A stretch of 62,002 nt of DNA, filler included. It is 5 parts of 5 records of this genome, joined end to end, with 100 filler letters (N's around TTAATTAATTAA, not from the genome) between each part and the next. Parts side by side here need not be neighbours in the genome. Positions count along the whole stretch, not along the records: positions 48,516 to 52,620 come from SRR20825010_5044; positions 52,721 to 56,996 come from SRR20825010_5046; positions 57,097 to 62,002 come from SRR20825010_5085; 2 more parts are not named here. One strand, 5' to 3'. Position numbers and translations under genes: made by a program. The notes beneath the pieces are model-generated. The model was not told where the DNA came from and did no database searches. It saw only the letters and a program-made list of their open reading frames with translations. The number at the start of each line of letters is the position of its first letter. Within the stretch, counting starts at the first letter, position 1. Below, one piece after another: positions 49,969-59,219 of this stretch.

Positions 49969-51635
49969 GATCCACCCGCCTTCCGTGTCGTCCAACGCCC
50001 GATCCGTCGATCCACCGCGCTCGTCCCGCTACCCGCCCCACTCTCCGACTCAACCGCCAAATCCCCATCCCCGGCGCCCGAAGCATCGGGATCGAGCAAC
50101 TCGGTCTCTCCGGCGTCAGGCGTCGCGAATCCCATCTCTTCCCCAAAGTCCAATCCGGCATCCAGCGACGCATCATCACCGGCCGTGATCCCCGACGCAA
50201 GATCGTCAAGCAGCGCCTCATCCTCCTCCAGACCGTCTGCCTCCTCGGCGCCCGCCCGCAGCATCGCCAGCACAGGCTCCAGCAGCGTGACCTCTCGCAT
50301 GTACGCCACACGCGGCCGCGAGGACGCCACATCGATGACCGCCTCTACCACCATCCGGTGCAACAGCCTGTCAAGCTCCGGCGGCTCGTCCCACGAAGCC
50401 GCAAGGTCGTCCATCGTCATCGGGAGACTCTCGTCGAATCCGCCGAACCCCTCACCGAACCCTTCCCCCTCGCCCGGCATGAGGCCAACCTCAAGCCGCA
50501 CACGCCACTGCATCGACCGCCCAGTCACCCAGTCCGATGCCTCCGCGTACGCCTCGGGCTCGATCAGGCCCTCCTGCAGAAGCCACGTTGGCAGCGTCCT
50601 TGATTCGGCGTCGATCATGCTGCGCATGTCCACGATCGCCGCCGCCTTCTCCGGCGTGATCCCCGGCACACACGCCAGCACGTCGGGACCCGCACGGTTG
50701 ACATCTACCCGCCCGGCGAGAAACTCATCATCGGTTGTGGAGAAGACATCAAAGACCGTGCTCCACCCCTCCGGATTCACCCCGCGGTCGAGCAGAACAC
50801 GCGCGAGCTCGCTATCGGTCGTAAACGTCTGGCCGCCGTCGATCAACTGCTTCACCAGCTGCGCGACGTTCGCATCGAACCGCTCGACGATCGCGTCCTC
50901 CAGCGCGTCGGACCACGCCTGATCCAGATTCACACGGAGCTTCCCGCGATGCTCGCGCTCCCCCTGCACACCGACCTGCACGTTTGGATCGAAGCTGAAC
51001 ACCGTCAGGTATTCGCCGACGCCTGCGCCCGCATCCCCCCCACCATCAAACGCCACCGCCGCCGGCACCTCGGCCGCGAAGATGCCCGCGTCCTCACTGA
51101 CCCTCGTCCCGTAGACCATGTCGGGCGTGATGCCCTCGACACCCAGCAGCTCTTCGATACTCGCGAAAGGCTGCGCCCCCCGGGCCTCAACGATCCGACG
51201 CGCCTGCGCTTCATCGATCCCCGGCACCAACGCGAGCATCTCGGCCGTCGCCGTGTTGAGGTCGAGCTTAGCGTTCTCCGAAACCACCAGCGACGCGCTC
51301 TCCGGGTCCAGATCGAGCAACCGAACGATCCCGCGAGACCCGTCGTCAAGTGTGAAAAGCGACCACTCCTCCGTGAGTTCCGGTTCGAGTCCGTCCAGCA
51401 ACCCGTCCCGTTGCTCAGAGAGCTCGGCCATCACCGCCTGCACACCCGACCACGCCAGAGCCCGCGACTGGGTCCGCTGCCGTTCCGACTCGGTTGACGC
51501 CCCCGCCGCATCGGCCGAGACCAGCACCGTCGCGACGATGATCACCCCGATCACCAGCAGCAGCAACACCGCAAAGATCGCGCTGCCCCCGCGGCAAGCC
51601 CCAAGCACCGGATGACGATCGCTGCGAACGCTCAC
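49965..51635 (-). CDS. GspK-like minor pseudopilin with helix-hairpin-helix motifs
   Basis: RGGSAIFAVLLLLVIG N-terminus, ENAKLDLNTATAEMLALVPGI, GRVDVNRAGPDVLACVPGI; GTG 51635 overlaps upstream TGA. Confidence 0.8.
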   Translation of the reverse strand: MSVRSDRHPVLGACRGGSAIFAVLLLLVIGVIIVATVLVSADAAGASTESERQRTQSRALAWSGVQAVMAELSEQRDGLLDGLEPELTEEWSLFTLDDGSRGIVRLLDLDPESASLVVSENAKLDLNTATAEMLALVPGIDEAQARRIVEARGAQPFASIEELLGVEGITPDMVYGTRVSEDAGIFAAEVPAAVAFDGGGDAGAGVGEYLTVFSFDPNVQVGVQGEREHRGKLRVNLDQAWSDALEDAIVERFDANVAQLVKQLIDGGQTFTTDSELARVLLDRGVNPEGWSTVFDVFSTTDDEFLAGRVDVNRAGPDVLACVPGITPEKAAAIVDMRSMIDAESRTLPTWLLQEGLIEPEAYAEASDWVTGRSMQWRVRLEVGLMPGEGEGFGEGFGGFDESLPMTMDDLAASWDEPPELDRLLHRMVVEAVIDVASSRPRVAYMREVTLLEPVLAMLRAGAEEADGLEEDEALLDDLASGITAGDDASLDAGLDFGEEMGFATPDAGETELLDPDASGAGDGDLAVESESGAGSGTSAVDRRIGRWTTRKAGGS

Positions 51636-52402
51636 GACGAACGCCCCTTCCACTCCGGAGCATCGGGCACGCCGATGATGCGCACATGATCCGGCTCGCG
51701 GGGTACCCACCCCGACTCTTCCTGCTCGATCGCAAACTCCGGCTCGAGAAGCCCCTCCGGACCGAACGGCTCGAACTCCTCCGATCCCGGAGCGAGCATC
51801 TCCGGCGGCCGCTCCTCCGCGCCGAGGCGACCCGCCGCCGCGAACCAGATCGAGACCTCGACCGCCACCGGCAGCCCGCCCGCCGAGACGCTGTCGTACG
51901 AGCCCGTCCAACGCCTGCCGTCGGAGTAGCGGAGCCGCACCCGCTCGACACGCCCCAACACCGGCTCCGGCTGCGGCGAAGAGCCGCTCATCCTCCCCAC
52001 CGACTGCGCGACCAGCGTGCAGGCCCGCCCGGGCTCGTCGAACATGAAGGTCAGGGCACACGCGTCGCCGACCGCCGCGTCGCCGGCGAGCATCGGCCAC
52101 ACGCCGCGGGTGATCACCGTGAGCGATGTCTCGTCGCCCTGGATACCCGACGCCCCGTCCGGGCCGACCGCCACCGTGTGCATAATGGCCGACTCGAGCC
52201 GCCCGAGCACGACCGACGCGTCACGTTGCCTCGAGGCGATATCCAGCAGCCGGCCCTGGCGGGAACTCACCTGAAAGAAGAACGCCGTCACGCCCACCGC
52301 GAGGACCGCCAGAATCGCCAGCGCCAGCATCACCTCAATGAGCGACATGCCCCGGCGCTGCGCCGGAACACCCCGCGTTCGTGATGGTCGCCGGACATCC
52401 AC
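51632..52402 (-). CDS. Prepilin-type pseudopilin (GspJ-like)
   Basis: RRG/MSLIEVMLALAILAVL class III signal; LRYSDGRRWTGSYDS...LPVAVEVSIW. Confidence 0.82.
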   Translation of the reverse strand: MDVRRPSRTRGVPAQRRGMSLIEVMLALAILAVLAVGVTAFFFQVSSRQGRLLDIASRQRDASVVLGRLESAIMHTVAVGPDGASGIQGDETSLTVITRGVWPMLAGDAAVGDACALTFMFDEPGRACTLVAQSVGRMSGSSPQPEPVLGRVERVRLRYSDGRRWTGSYDSVSAGGLPVAVEVSIWFAAAGRLGAEERPPEMLAPGSEEFEPFGPEGLLEPEFAIEQEESGWVPREPDHVRIIGVPDAPEWKGRSS

Positions 52403-52405
52403 CGC

Positions 52406-52620
52406 CTACAGCCCTTCTCCCTGCGATGCCTCCACCGCCATGTCGTCCAGTTCACCGACGGTGTCCGCGCCCTCGTCGCCGAGCCGCACGAGTTGGTGCA
52501 GCGTGTACGACGCGACCAGCGAATCGCTGTCCGGCCCCGCCCGCTTCACCACGGTCACCGTCACGAGCGTGAGACCCGGGAACTCCGACCGCATCGTGTC
52601 GATCTCGATCTCCCACATCG
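52406..52620 (-). CDS. Pseudopilin (GspI-like), C-terminal fragment
   Basis: SEFPGLTLVTVTV...YTLHQLVRL; immediately upstream of the GspJ-like gene. Confidence 0.55.
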
Positions 52621-52720
52621 NNNNNNNNNNNNNNNNNNNNNNNNNNNNNNNNNNNNNNNNNNNNTTAATTAATTAANNNNNNNNNNNNNNNNNNNNNNNN
52701 NNNNNNNNNNNNNNNNNNNN
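52621..52720. other. Artificial contig linker
   Basis: N44-TTAATTAATTAA-N44. Confidence 0.99.
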
Positions 52721-52932
52721 TCGACATGGTGATGTCGCCGCTTTCCGGCGATCCCCAGGGCATGCCGGTCAAGCTGGGCACCGTGCTTGAGGTTGCGGCC
52801 AAGAAGATGACCGACAGCAATGTCTCCATGGCGCATGTCACGGATGAGGACGGCAAGCCGGTCGGCGCACTGGACATTCATGAGGTCATCTCGGCCATGG
52901 TGACGCCGGTCGATCACGAGACCGCCGCCTGA
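52721..52932 (+). CDS. C-terminal CBS-like fragment, possibly a betaine/choline ABC transporter ATPase
   Basis: TVLEVAAKKM...AHVTDEDGKPVGALD..VISAM resembles a CBS tail; context next to bmt. Confidence 0.5.
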
Positions 52933-52989
52933 TCCCCGTCCCGCCGGGCTTGAGGTCCGGCAAGACGGAGGTCTCGGCCAGAAGTCACA

Positions 52990-53024
52990 CCCTGCGGGCG
53001 ACGCGATCGTCCGCGGGGTTTTTT
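52990..53024 (+). terminator. Rho-independent terminator
   Basis: CCCTGCGGGCGA-CGCGA-TCGTCCGCGGGG-TTTTTT. Confidence 0.75.
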
Positions 53025-53045
53025 CATCCGCAAACGTCACATCTA

Positions 53046-53074
53046 TTGCAATGACATAAAGATATCTTTATACG
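53046..53074 (+). promoter_or_regulatory. Sigma70 promoter of bmt with embedded palindromic operator (SahR-like)
   Basis: TTGCAA-17 nt-TATACG; perfect palindrome ATAAAGAT/ATCTTTAT at 53056-53071. Confidence 0.75.
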
Positions 53075-53099
53075 GTAAACAAACCTACAGGAGATCTGA

Positions 53100-54110
53100 A
53101 TGTCCGCATCCAATCCGCTCGCCGACCTGCTGGCCGAAAAAGGCATCCTGCTCGCCGATGGCGCAACGGGCACAAACCTGTTCGCCATGGGGCTGGAATC
53201 GGGCGAAGCGCCCGAGATGTGGCTGGAGACGGCGCCGGAAAAGATCACCAAGCTGCACCAGGACTTCGTCGACGCGGGGTCGGACATCATCCTGACCAAC
53301 AGTTTTGGCGGAACCCGCAACCGGCTCAAGCTGCACCAGGCCGATGACCGGGTGTTCGAACTCAACAAGAAGGCCGCCGAGATCGCCCGCGCCGTCGCCG
53401 ACAAGGCGCCCCGCAAGGTGATCGTGGCCGGCTCTGTCGGCCCGACCGGCGACCTGCTGGTTCCGCTCGGCGCCATGACCTATGAATCTGCGGTGGAATC
53501 CTTCGTCGAACAGATCGAGGGCCTCAAGGCCGGCGGCATCGACATTGTCTGGATCGAGACCATGTCCGCCCGCGACGAGATCCGCGCAGCGGCCGAAGCC
53601 GCCGTACGCTGTGGCCTGCCTTACGTCTACACCGGGTCTTTCGACACCGCCGGCAAGACCATGATGGGCGTGCATCCGCGCGACATCCATTCGATCGCCA
53701 GCGATATCGGCGACGGCCCCGTCGCGGTTGGCGCCAATTGCGGTGTCGGCGCATCCGACATCCTGTCCTCCCTGCTCGATATGACATCGGCCGATCCGGA
53801 CGCCATCGTTGTCGTCAAGGGCAATTGCGGGATTCCCGAATTCAGGGGCGCCGAGATCCATTATTCGGGCACCCCGCCGCTGATGGCCGATTACGCCCGG
53901 CTGGCGATCGATGCCGGCGCCCGCATCATCGGCGGTTGCTGCGGCACCTCCTGCAACCATCTCGCCGCCATGCGCGAGGCCGTCGACAGCCACATCAAGG
54001 CGCAGCGCCCGACCGTGGAAGCCATCGTCGACCGCATCGGCCCGATGCGCAACACGGTCGCCACCGACAACCCCGCCCCCACCCGCGAACGCCGCGGCCG
54101 GCGTGGCTGA
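53100..54110 (+). CDS. bmt: Betaine-homocysteine S-methyltransferase / stand-alone MetH homocysteine-binding domain
   Basis: LADGATGTNLF, ILTNSFG, AGSVGPTG, WIETMS, GANCG and IIGGCCGT zinc ligands. Confidence 0.9.
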   Translation: MSASNPLADLLAEKGILLADGATGTNLFAMGLESGEAPEMWLETAPEKITKLHQDFVDAGSDIILTNSFGGTRNRLKLHQADDRVFELNKKAAEIARAVADKAPRKVIVAGSVGPTGDLLVPLGAMTYESAVESFVEQIEGLKAGGIDIVWIETMSARDEIRAAAEAAVRCGLPYVYTGSFDTAGKTMMGVHPRDIHSIASDIGDGPVAVGANCGVGASDILSSLLDMTSADPDAIVVVKGNCGIPEFRGAEIHYSGTPPLMADYARLAIDAGARIIGGCCGTSCNHLAAMREAVDSHIKAQRPTVEAIVDRIGPMRNTVATDNPAPTRERRGRRG

Positions 54111-54134
54111 GGCAGTATTCCTGTTCTGAAAAGC

Positions 54135-54166
54135 CGACAGGCCGGGGCTCGCGCTCCGGCCTGTCG
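54135..54166. terminator. Hairpin terminator between convergent bmt and VWA genes
   Basis: CGACAGGCCGG-GGCTCGCGCT-CCGGCCTGTCG, 11-bp perfect stem. Confidence 0.75.
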
Positions 54167-54189
54167 CTGTTTGGAACCGCGTGATTGCG

Positions 54190-56217
54190 CTACCGGTCCA
54201 GCCCCCGCGCCAGCCGCACCAGTTGCAGGAACTCCGACCTGTAGCCGAAGGGGTCTTCTCCTCGCGCCTCCCGGGCAATCCGCTCGATCTCGTCATAGCT
54301 GAAGCCCGCGAGCTGGGCGGTGTTGCGCAGTTTCTGGCCGAAGGCCGCCACCGCTATGGAAAACCGCACGTCCTGGGAAGCCGCAGCAAAGCTCTGAGCT
54401 TCCGCCTCCCGCGTCACCGGGATTTCGGTGAGCCGGCTTTCCGCCTCGCCCGGCGTCTTGGCGCGGATCTTGAGGAACGCCAGCTCGTCGCCATACTGGT
54501 CCGGGGCGGCCGGGCTCTCCGCGCCATAGCGCAGGTCACTGTTGAGGATCGCCGGGCTTCCGACCGGCGTGATCTCGTAGATCGCGGTCACCGTGTGACC
54601 CGAGCCGATCTCGCCCGCATCCACCAGGTCATTGTTGAAGTCCTCACGGTTCAAGGCCCGGGTCTCGAAGCCGATCTGGCGATACTCCGCCACCATGGCC
54701 GGATTGAACTCGAGCTGGAACTTTACATCCGACGCGATCGGGAACAGCGACGCCGAGGCTTCCTGCACCAGCGTCTTCTCGGCCTCCGCCAGGGTGTCGA
54801 TATAGGCGGCGACGCCATTGCCGTTTTGCGCGATCGCCTGCATCAGCCAGTCGTTATAATTGCCCTGCCCGAAACCGAAGATCGACAGGAACACACCGCT
54901 CTCGCGCTTTTGTTCGATCATCGCGGTGAGCGACCGGTCGTCGCTCTGGCCGACATTGAAATCGCCATCGGTTGCGAGCATCACCCGGTTGACCCCGCCC
55001 TTGACGAAGCCTTTCTCCGCCAGCCGGTAGGCCTCTTCCAGGCCCGCGGCGCCCGCCGTCGAGCCTCCCGGGCGCAGATTGTCCATCGCCTCGAGAACCT
55101 TGCGCTTGTCGGAAACCGGTGTCGGCTCCAGCACCGTGCCCGCCTCGCCGGCGTAGGTGACGATCGACACCGTGTCGTCCGGATCAAGCGAGTTGACGAG
55201 AAGCCTGAACGCTGATTTGAGCAGCGGCAGCTTGTCGGCGTCGTTCATAGAGCCGGAGACATCGATGAGAAACACCAGGTTGGCGGCCGGGCGCTCGGCC
55301 GGCGTGATGTCGTAGCCCTTCACCCCGACATGCAGGAGCTGGGTGTCCGGGTTCCATGGCGTCGGCGTCACCGTGACGGTGGCGCGAAACGGTGTGTCGG
55401 CGGACTCCGGGCCAGGATAGGCATAAGGGAAGTAATTGACCATTTCCTCCACCCGCACCGTCTCCGGCCAGGGCATCACGCCCTGCTTCAGCGCCCGGCG
55501 CACCATCGCGTAGGACGAGGTGTCGACATCCGCCGAGAAGGTCGAAACCGGGTGTTCGGCCACGGACTTGACGCCGTGGCTTTCGAAACTCTCGACCCGG
55601 CTGGGCTCTGCTTCAGCAAGCGGCGCGCGATAGGCCCCGTCTGCACCGGCGAACCCTTGCTGATTGACTGAGCCTGCGAGATCCTGCCGCGCGATCGCGC
55701 CCATCGGCTGACCGATCGACTGTTTTGGCGCTGCGCCGCCCGGTTGCACGGCCTGTCTGGCGGCAGGCGATGCAGCCACCCGGGGCGACGGCGCCGCATC
55801 CGCCAGCTCCATGTCTTTCTGCCCCGAAGCAGGCGGCAATGGTGCCTCCATCGCCGTCTCCGGGTCGGCGGATCGGCCCATTTCCAGCGGCGCCAGCAAT
55901 TCCGGCGCAAAGCCGTGCTGGTCGCTGGCAATCTGCCAGGTCATGTAGGCTGCCGCAGGCAGGATCATCAAGGTGGCAAGGGCAGTACCCGCCATATAGC
56001 GCTGGTTCATCAGTCCACTCCGTATCGAGGTTGCGATACGTGTAAGACGTCCGACGTCGGGCGATCCTTGGGCGGGGCGTTGTTTTTGGGTGGAGCGTTG
56101 ATTTTCCGGACCGGCCTTGTCAAAGGCCTGAAGTGCGCTGTCGAGCGCCTGGCGTTTGGCATCCTCAAGCGGGGGTGGCGCGCTGCGCGCCAGTCTTTTG
56201 AGATCCTTGTCGATCAT
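54190..56217 (-). CDS. YfbK-like von Willebrand factor A domain protein with N-terminal TM
   Basis: PVSTFSADVDTSSY, VRVEEMVNYF, LIDVSGSM (MIDAS), LATDGDFNVG, DFNNDLVDAGEIGSGH; ATG 56217 overlaps sigma stop. Confidence 0.92.
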   Translation of the reverse strand: MIDKDLKRLARSAPPPLEDAKRQALDSALQAFDKAGPENQRSTQKQRPAQGSPDVGRLTRIATSIRSGLMNQRYMAGTALATLMILPAAAYMTWQIASDQHGFAPELLAPLEMGRSADPETAMEAPLPPASGQKDMELADAAPSPRVAASPAARQAVQPGGAAPKQSIGQPMGAIARQDLAGSVNQQGFAGADGAYRAPLAEAEPSRVESFESHGVKSVAEHPVSTFSADVDTSSYAMVRRALKQGVMPWPETVRVEEMVNYFPYAYPGPESADTPFRATVTVTPTPWNPDTQLLHVGVKGYDITPAERPAANLVFLIDVSGSMNDADKLPLLKSAFRLLVNSLDPDDTVSIVTYAGEAGTVLEPTPVSDKRKVLEAMDNLRPGGSTAGAAGLEEAYRLAEKGFVKGGVNRVMLATDGDFNVGQSDDRSLTAMIEQKRESGVFLSIFGFGQGNYNDWLMQAIAQNGNGVAAYIDTLAEAEKTLVQEASASLFPIASDVKFQLEFNPAMVAEYRQIGFETRALNREDFNNDLVDAGEIGSGHTVTAIYEITPVGSPAILNSDLRYGAESPAAPDQYGDELAFLKIRAKTPGEAESRLTEIPVTREAEAQSFAAASQDVRFSIAVAAFGQKLRNTAQLAGFSYDEIERIAREARGEDPFGYRSEFLQLVRLARGLDR

Positions 56218-56804
56218 TGCTCGTCTCCAGACCCGCGCAGCAGCGTTTCCAGCCGCTTCCGCGCGGTGTGCAGATGGTAGGAAACCGTCGATTCGGCGCA
56301 GCCCATCACCGTGGCCGCATCGGCGTGGCTCAATTCCTCGCCGTAAACCAGCAGCACGGCGTCGCGCTGCTTGTCCGGCAGGGTGCGGACCGCATCCCAC
56401 ACGTAATCGCTATGGCTCGGCTTGTAGCTCGCAATGTCCTCCCCGAGAGCGGTGGTGTGGACCGCGAGCGCCTCCACCTTGCGCATCTCGCGGGCAATGA
56501 ACCTGGCATGGTCATGGGCCGCATTGATGGTGATCCGGTAGAGCCAGGTCCTGAACGCGCTTTCGTTGCGCCACTTGCGGATCGCAAATCCGAGCCTGAC
56601 ACAGACATTCTGTGCAATGTCCTCGGCCGCGGACCTGTCGCGGCACCATTTCCAGGCCACGCCATGAATGAAGGCATAGTGGCGCCCGACAAGCATGGCG
56701 AAGGCTTCACGGTCGCCAACAGACGCCCGCTCCGCCAATGTGTCATCCGCCGGCTCTTCGTCGCTCTGGCTCTTCGGTTGCATGCGGGCACGCGTCTCCA
56801 TCAT
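56214..56804 (-). CDS. ECF RNA polymerase sigma factor
   Basis: GDREAFAMLV, AEDIAQ, FRTWLYRITINAAHD, LPDKQRDAVLL, ESTVSYHLHTARKRL. Confidence 0.95.
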   Translation of the reverse strand: MMETRARMQPKSQSDEEPADDTLAERASVGDREAFAMLVGRHYAFIHGVAWKWCRDRSAAEDIAQNVCVRLGFAIRKWRNESAFRTWLYRITINAAHDHARFIAREMRKVEALAVHTTALGEDIASYKPSHSDYVWDAVRTLPDKQRDAVLLVYGEELSHADAATVMGCAESTVSYHLHTARKRLETLLRGSGDEQ

Positions 56805-56996
56805 TGAAGCTTTGACGATACCGATCCGGCAATCCTTGGGTTCTGTGACACAAATTTATGAATAAGCCGTCATATGGAACCGGATCTGTGCATCGCCGTG
56901 GCGATGCGCGCGCCCGACGGGACAGGCGTCGCGCGACAGGCAGCCGGACGTCATGCAGCCTTTCCGGCCGGGTTCGGTCTTGAGCCAGGCGCGGCA

Positions 56997-57096
56997 NNNN
57001 NNNNNNNNNNNNNNNNNNNNNNNNNNNNNNNNNNNNNNNNTTAATTAATTAANNNNNNNNNNNNNNNNNNNNNNNNNNNNNNNNNNNNNNNNNNNN
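56997..57096. other. Artificial contig linker
   Basis: N44-TTAATTAATTAA-N44. Confidence 0.99.
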
Positions 57097-57462
57097 GTAA
57101 TAGGAAACGAAATACTCGACCGCGTTGTTCGGGAAGAAGCTCTTCATCTCCCCGTAAAGCTGAGCCGCCAGGGTCTTGTTCGGCGCCAGCACCAGGGCCG
57201 GCCGTTTCACCTGCTGGATCACATGCGCCATGGTGAAGGTCTTGCCCGAGCCCGTAACCCCGAGCAGCACCTGATCCATCTCGCCCTGCGTCACCCCGCC
57301 GATCAGCTCCGCAATCGCCGCCGGCTGATCGCCCGCGGGTTTGTAGTCGGAGACAATCTCGAACGGCCGCCCGCGATCCTGCGGCGCCGCGTCGGATTTC
57401 AGGTCTGGCTTCACGGCGCCGTAAAGCGGCTGCGGGCGGATATCGTCGAGTTGGGTGCTCAT
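57097..57462 (-). CDS. uvrB: Excinuclease ABC subunit B (5' part only)
   Basis: [50 protein letters not shown]. Confidence 0.97.
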
Positions 57463-57729
57463 GAGGGGAATGTAGGGCGTGAGAGAGACGGAGCAAAGAG
57501 CTGACTTTACCAGTCTGTCTCAGCTTTCCAAGTTCAGGATATTCAGCGCGCTTGGTGTCATGATTATGTGGGATTTTGAGTATAAAATCAAAAAAGAAAT
57601 TAACGTTGTAGTTATGATTTATAATTTTTTCGCATTGATGTATTTTTCATTTCTGTTTTCATGATTTAAAATTTCGGGTTTGAGGATTATTTGGTTTAGT
57701 ATAAAATTTTAGTTTTTAATGGGTGGGTA

Positions 57730-58689
57730 TTATTGAAGTTGTTCGATAAATAGTGACCAGAAATATTCTGCTGTTCCTTCTTTCGTCATTTTGGACATGC
57801 GGATTCCAGATAAAGGGAGGCCCATCGGCTTCAGGAACATGTTTTGATCGTCGTGCTCTACAGAAACGCTTTCGTTGCAGCTGTTGTCGTTAGCGTCAGC
57901 ATTCGTTGAGTAGTTTATGCTATTTCCAAACATTCCTCCTAATCGAATTTTGCAGCTAGAAATGGATTCTCCATTCTTGTAGATTGTTGTTGTAAATTTG
58001 TTTGAGTCTATTTCTCGGAAGCGAAAGTTCAATTCTGGATTGCGTGTTTTTAGTTCTTCTAGTGAATTTTGAAAGTATTGTTTAACGTGCTCAAATGTTA
58101 AGTCCAAAAAATTATCGTAATCTATGTCGGAAAATTCTTTTCTAATCCTTAAGTTGCTTGACCGTATGATTTCAATATTTGCCAATTCGGTGAGTTCGGA
58201 GATTTCTTCTGGGAGAATGATCGGTATCGGTTTTTGGGGTTGCATCTTGCTGCTTTGTGCGTTGATCGCTGATTTAATTGCTTTGACGACGTCCACAAAA
58301 GCTTCATCTAGGTCGGGCCACGTATTGATTGGTTTGCCATCTTTTGGGGTGGCTAACAATTTTCCAAAAGGCATATCGTGCCACAGGCAATGACGCAAAA
58401 TTACAGGAATAACGCGAGCTGAGCCTTCTTCGTGACGTTCAATTGCCCGTGCCATTTCGATATTGTAGCAATACGGTGAAGCAATAAAATCAGCGCTTAC
58501 TAAAAGTAGAATTATTTCTGAATTTTCTAAATTTTTGGATATGTTGCCATCAACCGGGTTGCCGGGCAAAATTCTTCTATCGTGCCATGTCTCTATAAAT
58601 TCTTGGTGTTTAAGTGCTGCAAGATGTTTTTCAAGTGTATCCCTGTAGACTTCATCAGCATGTGAGTAGGAGAAAAAAATCTTGGTCAC
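57730..58689 (-). CDS. TIR-domain protein with uncharacterised C-terminal domain
   Basis: KIFFSYSHADE, WHDRRILPG, IILLLVSADFIASPYCYNIE (Glu78), RVIPVILR. Confidence 0.92.
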   Translation of the reverse strand: MTKIFFSYSHADEVYRDTLEKHLAALKHQEFIETWHDRRILPGNPVDGNISKNLENSEIILLLVSADFIASPYCYNIEMARAIERHEEGSARVIPVILRHCLWHDMPFGKLLATPKDGKPINTWPDLDEAFVDVVKAIKSAINAQSSKMQPQKPIPIILPEEISELTELANIEIIRSSNLRIRKEFSDIDYDNFLDLTFEHVKQYFQNSLEELKTRNPELNFRFREIDSNKFTTTIYKNGESISSCKIRLGGMFGNSINYSTNADANDNSCNESVSVEHDDQNMFLKPMGLPLSGIRMSKMTKEGTAEYFWSLFIEQLQ

Positions 58690-58709
58690 AAATTTTCATC
58701 CAAATTGGT

Positions 58710-59219
58710 TCAAGCTAAAAAATCGCAGATAGTTGTCCAATCATCTGTCGATTCGAATTTATTTGGTAGGTAAATTTTCCATTTGCCAAAAAAGCCAGTT
58801 GAAGTGAGATCTTCTCTGTAATTAATTAGTTCACCTTTCTCGATATCAAAAAGCCCACGTTGACGACCAAATTCGTTTTCGTGTTCCAGAACTCTCATCA
58901 TCCATGCATCAGCTGTGCGAATGACTACTCCGTTCTCATCGTAGATGTTATTTGCATAACCTTCAAAAGGCCCTGTTTGATCAATTTTTAGGATTGGTTT
59001 TGCATCATAGGCTAGAACATCAAGGTTAGTAGGCGTTTTTATGATTTTGTAATTTGGATTATTATTTTCAAAAGAAATTAGAGATCGAATATTTTTATCA
59101 TTAAAAACAAGTGCGACTAGTGAAAGAGTACCTTTACTTCCGTACTTAAGCTCTCGGACAATTTGATTTGGTGTGCACTGATCCAATTTCTTGACTGTGC
59201 AGCCGTCTGTGATATTCAT
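58710..59219 (-). CDS. Hypothetical protein (169 aa)
   Basis: Open frame in AT-rich DNA, GGAG RBS upstream of ATG, 20 nt before the TIR gene. Confidence 0.75.
   Translation of the reverse strand: MNITDGCTVKKLDQCTPNQIVRELKYGSKGTLSLVALVFNDKNIRSLISFENNNPNYKIIKTPTNLDVLAYDAKPILKIDQTGPFEGYANNIYDENGVVIRTADAWMMRVLEHENEFGRQRGLFDIEKGELINYREDLTSTGFFGKWKIYLPNKFESTDDWTTICDFLA

Noticed and set aside
48754-50922. 722-aa plus-strand ORF and other long antisense ORFs (7543-8919, 40853-42208, 53085-54296)
   Set aside because: They overlap well-supported genes on the opposite strand; typical stop-poor shadows in GC-rich DNA with no recognisable motifs.
57730-59219. Calling the TIR cassette Thoeris, CBASS or Pycsar
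   Set aside because: No SIR2/Macro effector, nucleotide cyclase or other hallmark partner is visible.
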